Part shown: in pieces, positions 1 through 34,229 of the stretch
Layout of the letters: each line of letters begins with the position of its first letter
How positions within the stretch are numbered: the first letter of the stretch is position 1
Origin: Hormiphora californensis
Lineage: Eukaryota; Animalia; Ctenophora
Reading direction: 5' to 3'
DNA: 64,000 bases
Assembly: GCA_020137815.1 (NCBI GenBank)
Contig: CM035353.1
Span: forward strand, 8,556,001-8,620,000
The notes under the pieces: model-generated
Databases searched by the model: none
The model's input: the letters and a program-made list of their open reading frames with translations, nothing else
What the model was told of the DNA's origin: nothing
Translations under genes and position numbers: made by a program

Positions 1-3
1 TAG

Positions 4-2360
4 CTGAGGTGTCCATTCTTAGTGATCTTACTGAGACTGAGGAGGATTATATTGGTAATAAACTAGCGGAGAATATATATTATATGATCTCTGCCGGAAT
101 TGTTGTTGTGTGTTTGGCCCCTCGATCAAAAAACGGATAGGAAACTGTTTAATTAGATTCCATATTAATGTAATTTTATGGATCTAACCCTGTCCCCCTC
201 TCTCCAGATAAGACCCTGCTGCCCAAACTAACCCTGTCCCCTCTCTCCAGATAAGACCCTGCTGCCCAAACTAACCATGTCCCCTCCAGATAAGACCCAG
301 CTGCCCAAACTAACCCTGTCCCCCTCAACAGATAAGACCCTGCTGCCCAAACTAACCCTGTCATCCTCTCTTCAGATAAGACCCTGCTGCCCAAACTAAC
401 CCAGATCCCACTCTCCAGATAAGACCCTGCAAGATTGGTTGGACAGGCTGGAGATGGGAGAGCTAAAGCCCATGCTGGAGCTAAACGGGTGGGATCACAT
501 CGAGTTCATCAAGGGTGCCATGGGCAAGGAAGATATAGTGGCACTTGGTATCAACAATGAACGAGTCAAAAAGTACGTGATGTTATATCGGAGAAATCAA
601 AATGATTGTTATAACAGTCGGACCCCGATTTACCGGAACCCCGATGTACCGCGCAAAATATCCTTTTCCCCTAGTATCCCGGTATATCGGGGTCCGACTG
701 TACAATGGTTAACACAGTTGGTGTCGTCATGATACCAAGATATTTATTTTAGGAAGTTGCTTGACTCAGTAGAGGTGGATCTGGTATCATTTCAACACGG
801 CAGTATACCAGAGACTGTAGAGGAATGGTTAAAAGAGATACGTCTCTCCAAATATCTCTCAAAGTTTATCGCTCAACGCATTGGTTAGTTTATTAACCCT
901 GTCAGGCAAATGCTCTGACAGTTTCAACCACAATCTTACCGATCTTCCCTCTCCTTTTTCTACAAGGCCCATGTCTGTTCCTTTCCATTTACTTCCCACC
1001 CTGTTATATCTTTATTATCCTTCTGTTATCTCCTCCCAACGGTCCAACACCCTCCCTTCCCAGGCTCCATATCGAGAGTGCTGGCTATTTGGGAGATAGA
1101 GCTCACTACTATTCTTGGCATTGAGCCCATCGGTCACAGGAAGAGGATTATGAAGAGTATTAAGGATCTGAAGTCACTACAGAAATCTCTTGACGAGGCC
1201 GAGAAGAACAAGGTTTGAAATTCTGTAACTCGTAGTTTGAAAGGTTGTATTTCTCCCGTGACAGTTCTGTCATTGTGAGGGAAACTGGGAAAGTGTCAAC
1301 TCAAAACGACCATTGGCTTGGGCACGTCGCGGCCCTCTGTGTTTGTGGCCGTCTGTGTTTGTGGCCGTCACATTCGGAGTGGGGCAGCTACCCAGCCAAA
1401 CATAATCTCAGCTCTTCTTTATTTCCAACTTCGACCATGTTTTCAGAAACGATCCCCAGCTACGAAGGATGCTTCAACTGGGCCTCAGCAATTCCACACC
1501 CGGGCTGAGTTGGAGAGGGGTGTCGACTATGAGGTCAGATATCTAGGGTGCAGCAAGATCGCAGGGTCGGGGAACTCTAAGGAGACTGCTGCTATTTGCA
1601 ACAAGTATGTTCAATGATTGGAGATATTTGAAAGAGAGCTCTCTCACATACTCTCGAGAGGAAGATCTCTCTCACCCCCTCTCTCTCCGACAATGATCTA
1701 TCTCACTCAGGTTGCTTGAGAAAGGAGACCAGAAGGTTCCCGAATATAGATTGAGAATAGCAGCAGAGGGGATCGAGTTTATTGATAAAGTTTCACAGAG
1801 AAGCGTCTGTAATTACCCCATTCAAGGTACAGCAGGTTTTTACGTAGTATTGCCCATTCGATAGTTAGAAACTATAATAGATGCTGAATTAGTAATGATC
1901 ATTTGCAACGAAAGGACTAATTTTGTGAGAGGAATTGAAGATCAATTTATGGCTAATTTATTAATCCCCCCACCCAGATATCTCATTTGTTTCGCGAGAC
2001 AAGGGGAACCTATTGGTATTCAGTTTCATCACTACCGATAGGAAGCTAGGAGTCAAGATGTGTCATGTCCTGAAAGCTCTCACTAGGGTAAGAAATATAA
2101 CAGCCTCTTGTTGTAGAGGTTGTGGAGTGTGTGTTCGGAGAACAATATCCACCATTTCAATTATTGAACCTCTTCTCTATTTCATTTAGTTTTGAACATC
2201 GAATAACCCCGAACTGATCCTACAATGATCAAAGAGATATTTAGAGTTAATACCAACACTTTCCACTCAGAACCAAGCCTACGAGACGTGTGCTACTATC
2301 GCCCAATCATTTGAGATTGCGTACCAGATAAAGAAAGAGAAGACTCTTCAGGGACATTGA
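4..2360 (+). CDS. ANKS1/Odin-like adaptor, 3' part (SAM-SAM-PTB); 5' exons outside window
   Basis: GT-AG exons 4-54, 419-572, 753-883, 1064-1212, 1447-1604, 1711-1826, 1978-2087, 2271-2360 join in frame. Two SAM domains (DWLDRLEMGELKPMLELNGWD; TVEEWLKEIRLSKYL...IGHRKRIMKSI) precede a PTB domain (YEVRYLG...ISFVSRD...CHVL...TIAQSFEIAY), ending at TGA 2360. Confidence 0.85.
184..430 (+). repeat. ~42-bp minisatellite made of a duplicated branch point, 3' splice site and exon start
   Basis: Six copies of CTAACC...CAG|ATAAGACCC; only the last (AG 417-418) continues into the coding exon. Confidence 0.9.
615..700. mobile_element. MITE, CAGTCGGACCCCGATTTACCGG family (Tc1/mariner-like ends)
   Basis: Terminal inverted repeats cagtcggaccccgat...atcggggtccgactg. 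Further full or partial copies at 7470-7623, 18718-18790, ~22090-22145 and ~36073. Confidence 0.8.
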
Positions 2361-3890
2361 ACTGACTGAAACAAAGGAAGAAGAGGAAGAACATTGTGCT
2401 GTTGCATAGTATGAACAATACAAGAAGAAAATGCTGGCACTTTCTGGGTGTGATATGAACTTTGATTTGAATGGACAAAAAGTACATTTGGGGTTCAATT
2501 TGCTGTTATAGTCTAGATACAACGAAGAGTGCTATGAAGTGATCGAACTATTAAATGATATTGGGTGATTAAAAAGTTTGACAGTGACATATCGTTTCTT
2601 CATCAGCTTCAGCAGTTTAGGTGATTGAGATATTATGATCATGTGATTATCTGTGACGCGCAGCGCGGAACTAATCAAATCTAATTAAAGTACTAAATTC
2701 AGCACTTGTTACACGGACGTCCGCACATGTTGTAATCGTAGATTTAGGGCCGCTGTCGTCATGACCAGTCTTCTTTCGAACCGTTCCAATATTGTTGAGA
2801 GTGGCGATATGTTTGTACTGCGAATTTGTATGTATCTTTTAAATTCTTTTTCAATATCCCAAAACCCAGTTAGTTTATTACTATTCTTACACACCCCTCG
2901 GGAAATTCCCCCAGACCATCTCCACATAATCAATCAAAATCAAAGACAGATTTACTTGAACTAATTATCAAATATATGATACACAATCATTAAACAACAC
3001 ACTATAATACATACATTGAATTGGACTAGGCTAAAAAGGCGAAGTTAATCAATTTACAATTACAATCTTTGTGCTTTTGGTGTGAGATGTAAAACTAAAT
3101 TGTATACTATCAGACCTCTCTTCTCACGACCTGAGAATAGTATCCATCACGCTCACAGATGATGGTATGTTTCCAATACCTTACCCACCGGGAAACGAAC
3201 GCATTTGATGCTACATATAATAACTAAAACTTCATCAATATAATATATCACAAAGATCTCTTGTACGTAGATTTATATAAAATTTCATTGAAAAATTAAT
3301 TCGTGACAGGATTGATAATCTAATAAAACTGCGAAACATCTCTAAATTAATGCACACATTATCTAATCCTATCATTTCACTGATTTCCCCCCGTAATAAC
3401 CGTGATGCTCCGTCAACAGTCCCATTCCCCTCTAACCTGCATCTCATCTGACCGTTCTAATCATAATAATTAACTAGATATACAACAAAATATCGGTAAA
3501 CTGTGCTAATCTCGATTTACCGGAGAAAAAGGCTTCTTGCTCGACCCTCTTTCAGTACACCCTGGGTTTGAACAAAACAATGCTCCGGGAGCTTCCCTAT
3601 CTTAGATCATGCATAAATTGACATTAGATTTACCAATAACCTAACCGGGCCCAAAACCACTATAAATCCTGGTAAATCGAGAATTAGTGCTAATCGTTAC
3701 ACATATACGTGGAGCAAAACGTCTCCAAAAATCTAGCAAAAAATCCCGCTTTTCATAGATTTATTTTTAAATATTTTGACAAAAAAATATACACACACGT
3801 ACACAAAAATCCGAGTCTCTCCCCGTCCCAATCCAGTCCATATATTTTCTACCATACCGCGTCGAATAATAACAAACATGTCGTGGTGGT

Positions 3891-23851
<19,961 letters not shown>

Positions 23852-25212
23852 CAGGGGTGGAGCCCGGGCTATAAGGAAAGTGGGTGGAGTGTTAGGGTGG
23901 CATAGTGGGTGGAGTGTGTGGGATGTTAGATAGTAGACAAGATAAAGAGAAGGATAGGGGGTACCGGGAGGGGGTAATGGGGTATGGGGTAGTCAAATTG
24001 AGGGGAATGTATGGAGTAGCTAGTGAGGATCACTGCATTTAAGTTAAATTTAAGGGAATTATAATTACGGCAAAGAATTTAAGGGAATTTTAATTACGGC
24101 AAGGATTTAAAGCTCGGAGGTTTTAACAAAGAAAGATATCCGATTAGATCTAAGCGGCGGTTAAATAAATAAGTAGCTATAGAAACTGGTGTAGTGAGAA
24201 CTCAGATTAGAAAATATTAAAGAACGGGGTAAAAATGAATTCCATGCGCCGAGGAAACTCTTTGTTTGGGTCACATCATCACATCATATTTATAATGGCG
24301 TGAGATAGGACAGGGTGGCCTGACTTCATAGCGAAGTAGAACTACCACTTCAGTCGTGCAGTCAACTTTACAACAAGTTATATGCCACGTTAAATACAAG
24401 GAAGCAGCAGGCAGCTGCTATCTGAATTTCTGCTTTTAAAACATGCTTTATATCATATTCAGATGTGTATAAAGTTAATATTACTGAGTGCAGGTAGCTG
24501 TGGAGACATATTAACTCATACACGATCTATCTGCATGTGAATACATGTTTCATGAGGTTTCATGATATGTATAAAAACTGTAACCAGTTCTGTAGCGTTA
24601 TAGCGGGCACGCATTACATGTTTATATAATGACTAGAAAGCCCATTGAAGTCCTAAAACAGCCCCCCCCACCCGTCTCTAATCTCTATGCCCCCCCCTCT
24701 CACTCTTTGTCTCTCCATGTCGGGGTAAAGAATACGGAGGTTGGTAGTGGTAGAGCGCTGGTGATAAACATCAAGGGAAATACCGCCGAATAACATGTAG
24801 AATCAGGTGATAAAGATCCGTAGAATTGTAGCTAAGTAGAGAATCAACGGGGTACGTAGGTAGAAAGGCTTTGGCAATCATGGCGGCCCCAGTAGTAGAT
24901 CCCAAAACACCACGAAACACCACACAGGAACACGCAACAAACAACCAACAACATGCACGTGCAGTATCCCTCCTCCAATACCCCTTCCAATACCCCTCCT
25001 TGGCAACCCCCCACTATTTGCACGTGTGGATACTACATCACACTCCTCACGACGTTCATTTGCAAATTATAATATAGATGGCAACTATTAAATAGAGAGA
25101 GGTAAACGGTTCGACAGATAGATTGGGATTTATTTTTGTCATTAGTCAGTTCGAGAGAACAGACTAGAATATGGCGTCTTATAGTTCTTATGAACAGTAG
25201 TAGGGGTCTAAC

Positions 25213-27404
25213 TGTATCACTGCGCTGGCAAGCGCAAAGGTGGCCCCATCCAACCCCCCGAAAAAAAATTCCCCCAAAAACGGCCCGCTTGCTCACAGCG
25301 TATATATAGTTATTTCATACTTTTAGCCCATTTTGGCACTTTTTGACACGCCATAACTCCGGAACCGGATGAGCTAGGAAGCTGAAATTTTGTACTCAGA
25401 AGCTTCTTGTAGACATCTATCGATGGTAAAAATTTCAAGTGGCTAGCTCATTTTGTTCAAAAGTTATAACACCACCCCCAAAACAGAAAATTCAGTGTGG
25501 GGATAACTAGGTTGATATATCACTGCGCTGGCAAGCGCAAAGGTTGCCATTCCCCCCCCTCAAAAAGCGCCGCCAGAAACGCAGTTATACGTTTTATGGG
25601 TGTTTGGCTGAAAATCCAGATTTCAGAAGGCTATAGCGTGGCTCCCTTTCATCCGTTTGACTTGAAATTTGGAATGTATACCCGGCTTGGGGTTTTTGAC
25701 TCAAGTTCAAAATTTCAAGTCTCTATCTCATCTGGAACCGAAGTTACAGACAGGTCCCATTTGCCCTAAATTCAGTGTAACAGGCATGCGCGCGCGCGCA
25801 TAGGAGAGACGCTTTTTATAAGTGAATGTGACGCCAAACGAAAAGAGATAGAGACTTCATCTTTTCACAGCTGGTAGATCTACTGGATGTGTGTGCATTA
25901 GTCGTAGTGGGATCTCTTTTCATCGCCAGGAACGTCCTACAGAACGTCTTAAAGTCGTCATTTTTCAGACTCTAACCAAAATTCTTTGAGCTCAATTTAC
26001 ACCCTGAAGACGGATTCTAATCGAAAATCGAAGACTATATCATGGAAAGAGAATTGTCTGAACTTTCAGAAACTATTTAGTGAATTTTGAAAACCAGACG
26101 TATAAGGGTCTTAAAACGCGTCTAAAGTGTTATGACTGTTTAAAAACAGATATGACGTTATGGGTTTTTTCGCTATAGCGGACTCGAATTTCATCCAATC
26201 GATCTCAAACTTGGTCAGTATCTTTATCTAGGTGGGCCCGATAATATGACGTCATAATTTTGACGTTACAACGTCGTGACGTCATTTTATGACATCAAAA
26301 TGACGTCAAAAATGAAAATTTCTCAATTTCGCGACTCTAACCTCTCTGTACCTATTCTACTGAATCTAAATGGATAAAAAATCCCAAAAATGATGCAAAT
26401 TATACCAAAACTAATTGAAATTAGTAGGCCGGAAAGGTTGCCTTACGATTTGAGCTACCTTTGGCACTGGTACATTCCCTTTTGAAGATAACCGAAGTAT
26501 CTGTAACCTGTCTATACCCCGTGAAAGTTACGGTGCCTAAGGTAGCTCAAATCGTAAGGCAACCTTTCCGGCCTACTAATTTCAATTAGTTTTGGTATAA
26601 TATATACATACATACATACATACATGTATAGACGCTTTGTTACCTTCCGTTTGGTCCCAGTTTGAGACGAACCAGACATCGTACGACCTTAAACCAAGCG
26701 GCATTCGATGGATAATTGTCTCGTGCATGTACTCATCTGGGTGGCGACTCTCCATCTTACCTATGACGCGCGCAATGACGTCACGAGTGACGTCATTGCG
26801 CGACACCGACTAACTTTTTTCAAACGCCTCTAGCACCCTGAAGACGTGTTCCGATTTCTGATTTGACGAAAAATCGTTACCGGCAAATCGTCTGAACTTT
26901 CAGATACTATATCGCGAATTTTCGTAGCCGATCATTTTGAGCCCTTAAATCGCGTCGGAAGTCAAAAATTTGACGAAAAATTCAGCAAATTGAACGTTTT
27001 TCTAGCAAAAACTCCCTTTCCTGACCACTGTGGTCAATAAAACTTTACAAGCTCCTTTGGGGTATTTATTCAAAATATATTGTGATGCAATTACGTCGTT
27101 ACGACGTCACTAATTACGTCAAATGACGTCATAATGACGTCAAAAATACGATTTTAACAGAAATTCGTCTCGTTTCTCATATATCGCATTATTTCGACAA
27201 TATTACATTATGAAATAATGTCTTGCTGCGATTAAAAACCAAAAAGGGACCTAAATTAAGCCAAAAACTAATGGAATTAGTTGGCGGGAAAGGTGGCCCA
27301 CTTACACCTTTGCCTGCTGCCGGGATCAGGGATATAAGAGGTGAATACAATGGAATAAGACAGTGAAAGAGAGCGTGATAGAGTGATAGAGTGAGAGAGT
27401 GAGT

Positions 27405-27464
<60 letters not shown>

Positions 27465-27487
27465 GAGATAGAGAGATGGATAAGAGA

Positions 27488-27518
<31 letters not shown>

Positions 27519-27691
27519 CAGGGAGGAGAGAGGGATAGAACGAACAGGAATAAGTTACCCTTGAAAAATAGGAGATTGAGATACCGAGCTGGAGAGAGAA
27601 AATGAGAGTTCATGGTGATACCCGGCAGTAGCAAAAGGTGTAAGTGGGCCACCTTTCCCGCCAACTAATTCCATTAGTTTTTGGCTTAATT
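25213..27691. mobile_element. Cluster of Helentron/DINE-like non-autonomous repeats
   Basis: Repeated tatcactgcgctggcaagcgcaaaggt (~25215, ~25518), a palindrome at 26399-26601 followed by (CATA)n, and an inverted pair at 27254-27325/27621-27691. Superfamily assignment is by resemblance only. Confidence 0.45.
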
Positions 27692-28254
27692 ATATACACT
27701 AATGTCACGGATAGGAAGTTGTAAGTTATAGAGAGAGTTGTAAGTCAGGGGAATGATCTGGGGGATAGGAAGAATCAATGAATGTTAAACAAAAATTCGC
27801 GTCATATTTATTGTACATCTAACATAAAACACAACACGTCTCGTGTGTGTTTGACAATTAAATAGGACTTTAAGTTCCCTCTTTCTAGCTGTGCTAGTAG
27901 AACAGGGTCCCCCCGTGGTGGTCCAACCTGTACACAGAGATTACAGAAACACTTTTAGCAGTGACTCTCACATTATGAGCCAGAATTTCACGTCTTTACT
28001 CCAAACTGAACTTATGAGTCCATTCTATATATTTGGGCCTGTACAAGCAGCTAGCAGCGCCCCATAGGGGTGGTATTCGATTCATTCAGTCTCCAATCTA
28101 CTGTCTCTGGCACTGTATACCATCCCTATCAAACCATTTTCTGTCCCAGTGTAAAAGATGAACTTCCCCTTCTCTCGGGCGATGCAAAGTACAAGAATTA
28201 TAAGTCTCTCCAAGAAATACAGGACGTGGTCTGTATAAAACACTGCCTGACTGC

Positions 28255-29519
28255 TTACTTTACAAGATAAATCAGGATGGAGAGACCCACAGCAGCGATG
28301 GAGCCAAAAACAAGAGGCTTCCCGAAATTCACCCACAAATCATGTCTCCTCTCCTGGGATTCTTCATGTGCCACTAGCTTCTTCTTCATGTTATCCACCA
28401 TACTGGCCATCTTATCCTTCCTCTCTCTCCTCGCCTCCTCCTTCCCATCTCCCTCAACCTCACACGCAGAATTAAACTCGGAGGTGCTTTGTGCGGTGAT
28501 CTCCTCCATGCCATCCTCCTCCTCATCAGATAGACCTGATATGGGGGAGATGGAACTTGGAACCAGGAGTTCCGGTGTAGCATCTTCATCTGAAACACCA
28601 ACATTATCAGGTGACTCTATCAACTCGATACTCTCAGGCCTTATCACCGGCTCACCAACATCATCATCTTCCTCCTCATCACTCAGTCCCGTAGTGACAT
28701 GTTCAATTGGAACCCCATCAATCAACATATGTTCTTCATCTTCATCATCATCTTCCTCATCCTCAGTATCGTCATAAGTCCTTCCTCACTAGAACTCTCC
28801 CCTAGCCGGTTCTCAATATCAATCTCCGCCACGATTATATCCTTGGTAAAGCTGCTCGTATCAATATCCTGCATACCCTCCAGAATAGAGAGAAACACAA
28901 AACGAAGTTGTTCATGAGTTTGGACCAGCCCAAATCGGTCGAACCGGATTTTTAGTAATATTGAGTACACATCGATGTGCTCTGTTTTTCGGTCCCTCAT
29001 AATGTCGAGAATTGTGTCAATGAGGACCAGTGTCCCCGTTCTTCCAATGCCCGCAGAACAGTGCACAACCGGTGGCCCCTCAGATAGCTCAGACACTTCT
29101 CTGACCACGTTGAGGAAAGTGAGGAACTTGGAGGGAGATTCGGGAACCCCAAAATCGGGCCATGCGTAATAGTGTAGATGAGTTATAGTCCTGGACTTGC
29201 TGATTTCATTATTAACCAACTCCAACTGGCTAGAAACGTAAAACTTGTGATCAACACGAGAGATGAAGCGGACGGTAAAAGAATCATCGTAGGACCGGAA
29301 CTCATTATCAACTGCACCCTCAGAATCCGGGAGTCCTGTGGGATAGTATGGGTGGCATTTTAGTCGTCCCTTCTCTATTATCCTATTAAGCATGACGATA
29401 ACAGAGGATTCCTCCTCCCAGGCCATCCGCCAAAAGTCTGTGGTGGTGTGGTCGAGCGGTCCCTGAGGGTATTGCATGTTAAATCATTTCAGGTAGAGAT
29501 GGACGTGGACACGGAGAGA

Positions 29520-29591
<72 letters not shown>

Positions 29592-29996
29592 GATAGAGAG
29601 AACAAAACATACGTATTCATACCTGACAACATATGTATTTTTGTTCCACAAAAGGAGGTCTAACGTACGAGGCATTAATGTAATTTCGCCTTCCGGACTG
29701 TAGACACACCCGACTAGAATCAAATGGTAAAACATCCTGGTACCTGTTCAAATACCTGGAAACAAGGAGAATTACAAAACAACTGTCTTTTTACAGGAAA
29801 CTGTCTTTCAACTGGCTATTTTAAGTGAACCAGTATAAAAAGAAGTAAACCTGTTTTCCTCGCTTTTTGCTGAAGCACGTCCCATGTTTGAGGTTAGGTC
29901 ATAAGAAAGGTATCGCAAATGATCGAAATCTGGTTTCCATCGGTCTTCATCTTCGCAGCGAGAGAAAAACTCTCGTACCGTTAAACTGCCATCCAT
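28255..29996 (-). CDS. PTPN1: PTP1B/TC-PTP-like tyrosine phosphatase with acidic linker and C-terminal tail anchor; frameshift at ~28775
   Basis: Exons 29996-29851, 29755-29623, 29462-28255. Motifs NRYQDVLPFD, YINAS, CQGPL, WPDFGVP, VVHCSAGIGRTG, LVQTHEQ; hydrophobic C-terminus LVFGSIAAVGLSILIYLVK. Confidence 0.85.
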
Positions 29997-31991
29997 GATT
30001 TTCAAACTGTTAAAATTGTTAATTCATGTAAGATCGAGTACTTAATAATAATATTGTCCACATTTTTAAAAATCTACAGGGACTAACTCAAACCAGATCC
30101 TGATTTTATTTTAACGACACTCCTTGTTTTGGACGTAGGGTACATTATAAGACGGCTTCCACTATGTATTCAATATTATTCGATTCAGAGTAGGGGCAAA
30201 AAAGGGAAGCAAAAGGGATCAAGAAGGAAAGGTGTACTAGCCAGGTACCTCCGCAGCATTGCTGATCAGCCACTGTCCAGGGGGTACTCGTTTGTTCATA
30301 GGAACTCTCTGTTGGACAACCTACTTATTGTTCAACCGGATTAGTTCAGAGAAGCTAAAAAATTTCTTTCGATAATTCTCAGTTCCTCAAAGGGGCTACA
30401 GAGGTGGGCGTGTAAACTGTCAACTGCAGAGATTTATTATTTATTCAATCTGATTCAATACATATAACAATAACAATTGAATACATATTGGCACTCCTTT
30501 TAGCGAGTAATAAAACGGTTGTCCGGTAAAAAGTACATGTTATGCTGATGCCGATTCAAAAGTCCAAGAGGTAATTATATATAGATTAGGTACTGTAATA
30601 ATAAATAGTAAGTTGATAGATAGATAGTTAAATAAGGGTAGATACTTAGATGATTAACTAGGGGATACCTAGGGGTAGGGAAGATGCAGAACAGCTAAAT
30701 ATAGCATAGTAAAATAAATTAGTATAGTCGCTGAGTCAAATTAAGCTGTACAGTTAAAACAGATTTTAAAATAAATAGAAAAATAGAAATTACCCTCACA
30801 TACATGCTCATACCCAAAAGTATACAGTACACACACATACACACACACACAAACACACAAAAAACACACTCACACAAACAAGCATGTCCGTAAAAAACAC
30901 AGACACAGAGTCACACATGACACAGGAATAGTAATAAGTTAAGATACGATATTATTATAAGTAGTATTAATGATTTAAATAGGCAGTGAAGTGTGCTTGG
31001 CCAGCGGGTTGTAAAACTATGTTATTTTAAGTGGTAGATAGGCTAATTAAGTAATTAGGTGAGGTTAAGTTTAACTGGTAAGGAGCTCATCATTAAAAGT
31101 GGAGTTTTCTGTGACCTCATAAACAAGCTTTCTAAACTTATGCTTAAGGTTTCTATCTCTAGAAAAGATAAGTGCTAGGTGGAAGTTGCCAGTGCAAACC
31201 GAGACCACACGACACTGGTCCCTAAGAGCCGATACCGCCCCGACAGCTGGACATTGGAAGAGCTTGTGGAAGGGTGAGTCGTGGTGCATGCCGCATTCAA
31301 GGCAGTAAGGTTCCTCTACGTTCCTGTCAATTCGTTGATAGCTGCCGACAAAGTTTTGAAATCTTAAGCTATGCCCGTGGATGTAGTCCATAGTCAACGA
31401 AGAGTGCCTTCTGTCCATACTCCTATTGGTAAGAGGGGCTATCGAAACCGCTTCAGTATCCACAATAGATCGTAGCTCTTCAACCGTCGTAGTAGGAGAG
31501 TCGTCAGCAGAGATGTTCGTGATGTTAGCCTTGACGTGATCGTCCCACAATTTGTGCGTGAACATGTCCATAGTGTCCCGGGAATAGAGAAACTCTTCCG
31601 ACTCATATGACAGTAGATCGCATGATCGAATAAATGATCGTCTCCGTCCCGTTTGAGATTCCGCTCTCTGTGCAGTGTTCCAATGGAGATACCTTTTAGT
31701 TTCCACAATATGTCCATAGAACGGGTGGCTTGCCTCATGCTCAATTTGGAGCAATTTAGCAGTCATGGTGTCTCCCGCTGTAAGACCTTTTAGGACAAAC
31801 TTCGTTGTGAGTACTGTCAAAATAATCGGTAGAGGTGGTATACCAATAAGAATTATTATTATTATTATTATTAAATCTAAAATGTATACATTGGATAAAA
31901 TACAACATATACTGCCCCTTTTTGTGGGCTAAATTGATAGTCATAAGGTTCCTTTTGAAGTCTCTTTAGAGTACAAATTACATGTAGCAGG

Positions 31992-33050
31992 TCAGCCACA
32001 TTTAATTACCCCCCTGCTAACCCAGTATCGTCCATTCGGATTGTCTCGCCTCAGTCCTTTCACTGTATCAACGAGAGTTTTCCGCTCTCGCTGCTCCTCC
32101 GGTGTTAGGTCGGGGGAGAGAAACACCGAGGAGAATTTCTCTGAATCTCGGAGCTGTTTTGCTTTTCTTAGAAGTTGTAACAAAGTTTCCCTTCTTTCAA
32201 GTGTAACAATTACTGGTCTCGGTCGGTTATCAGTCTTTTCGCCAATACGCTTTGTAGAAGATATGACTGGTTTTTCATTGAGCTCTCCAAAGATATCCTG
32301 AACTTCATGCTCAGTAGCCCTTGCCGTAGTTTCTGGCAGCCCAAATATAACCAAATTCAACTTGCGATCAAGAGTTGCTTCTTCCGCGGTTGTACTTGGA
32401 TGGGGTACAGTCGCTTTCTTCAATGCTGCTTGGAGGCGGGATGGTGTAATAGCTGCAGAGCAATTCTGTACAAGCACCTTGGAGTAGCCCTGCAATTGCT
32501 TCTGAACAGACTCTGACACTGAACTAAGTTTCCGACCTTGTACTTCAATCAAAGTATTTTGTGCTTCAATCAGCTTCTCTTGCAGTTCAATCCTTGATAC
32601 CCGATGTTTGTCGATTTCTTCCTTAAAAGTGCCAAGCTCTTCTTGTACCTCCTTGAGCTTCTGATTACACTCCTCTAGTTCCAGGCGTTCTTTCATTCGG
32701 GCAGTTGCATACAGACGTTTCTCCTTCATAACTGGTCCTATTTCTCTCACTATCCGAAAAATATGACGAGAGAGGTTCTCGGTGAAAGCCATGAAACGAT
32801 CAACATTATACTTTCTCATTTCGGAGTCTTTCGGCAGTGCGTCCTCAATATACTGCTCAGGATCATCATACAAACTAGAATCCAATAACTTGGACAATAC
32901 TCCATCAACCTGTTGTTCACTTGGTTGTTTGAGCCCGTTCTTGATATAAAAAACGTCCTCTACTGCACAACGAAGTTTTTCCATCATCGACAAACCCCAG
33001 CATTCCAGTGGATCGGCATCTGCATCAGAGGTATTGAGTTTCTCCGTCAT
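31992..33050 (-). CDS. LINE ORF1p-like protein (coiled coil plus RRM/CTD-like), 352 aa
   Basis: Coiled coil, then RKLNLVIFGLPE, RIG...RPRPVIVTL, VFLSPDLTPEEQRERKTL, typical of L1/CR1-type ORF1. Confidence 0.8.
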   Translation of the reverse strand: MTEKLNTSDADADPLECWGLSMMEKLRCAVEDVFYIKNGLKQPSEQQVDGVLSKLLDSSLYDDPEQYIEDALPKDSEMRKYNVDRFMAFTENLSRHIFRIVREIGPVMKEKRLYATARMKERLELEECNQKLKEVQEELGTFKEEIDKHRVSRIELQEKLIEAQNTLIEVQGRKLSSVSESVQKQLQGYSKVLVQNCSAAITPSRLQAALKKATVPHPSTTAEEATLDRKLNLVIFGLPETTARATEHEVQDIFGELNEKPVISSTKRIGEKTDNRPRPVIVTLERRETLLQLLRKAKQLRDSEKFSSVFLSPDLTPEEQRERKTLVDTVKGLRRDNPNGRYWVSRGVIKCG

Positions 33051-33090
33051 AACTTCTGCCTGCCCCTACGGGCGGTCTCAACATCCTGAG

Positions 33091-34229
33091 GACATATGGT
33101 CATTTTTTTTTTAACTTGTGCAAAATTTTTTCCGAAAATGACATAAGTTCAGTTTTTTCGACTTTTATCATAGTTTTTGTCAAAAAATATTATTTTCCAA
33201 CGAATATTATGTGTAAAAGTGTATAGGGAATAGATTTACAGGCAAAATAAATTAAAAACTCATCTCGTGAGGTGCCGGTGACCATGTTTGCAAAAGCGTG
33301 TGCCATTCCGTCAAATTTTGATATTTTTTCCTAAAATTTTCGAAAATATGCTGAAAAATGTCCAATATAAACACCTTTAAAATATGTAAGCAAACTTACT
33401 CAATCTATGAGGTGCAACCGGTGTTTAAAGTTACACTGTATACTTACAGCTACTTTTAAGCCCGTAGCACCTCACGTTTCACGACTTTTCCTAGCTAGAT
33501 ACTTGCAGTAGACTCAAAACCATCATTTGTACCAAAAAAGTTCCAAAAATTTTGCTCAATGAGTGAGGTGCACCCAAAAAACTGTATTTTCTTCAAACGC
33601 TAATTGCACCTCACTCAGTGAGTATATAGTTCTAAAAGTGGCCTTAATTTGCTCATATGACATCCCCAAACACTACCTAATCGATTCCAAGGTCATTGCT
33701 CAACCTGTGAGGTGCACTGGAGAAGTTGGTAAATTATGTCATTTTTTGAAGGTCTGCACCTCACTCGCTGAGTAATTTTTAGAGCAAATTTTCGGTAAAT
33801 CAGGAGGGAAATTGTCTAATCTTGCTTTATGCCAAGTTTCAATTCTTTATTTACTCATTTGACCCCTAGTGAGTAAACTTTTAGCTCTAAAATCGGCTTG
33901 CACCTCACCAAATGAGTAAATTTTTCCATGGTTTTCACCTCATCTGATGAGTGAGAAATATCCCCACCATTTCTGAAAGTTTGGAGATTTTTGATCAAAC
34001 GGTATTTCTACAAATCGGGGGCACCTCACGATAGCACCTCACGGCGTAGAAATGCTATAGCACCTCACTGGAGTAAGCTAGAGACTTCGTTCTTTCACTA
34101 AATTGAACTTTTAATATTTCTCGATTTTTTGAGGTGCTGAGTAAATTTCCAGTGGCCACAGCTATTTTGCTATGATCATTTGAAAAAATTTGGTAGTTGC
34201 ACAAGTTAAAAAAAAAATGACCATATCTC
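33091..34229. mobile_element. Non-autonomous TIR DNA transposon (possibly Mutator-like)
   Basis: ~33-bp TIRs gacatatggtcattttt...ttaacttgtgcaa / ttgcacaagttaa...aatgaccatatctc; many internal gcacctcac motifs; no TSD visible. Confidence 0.7.
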
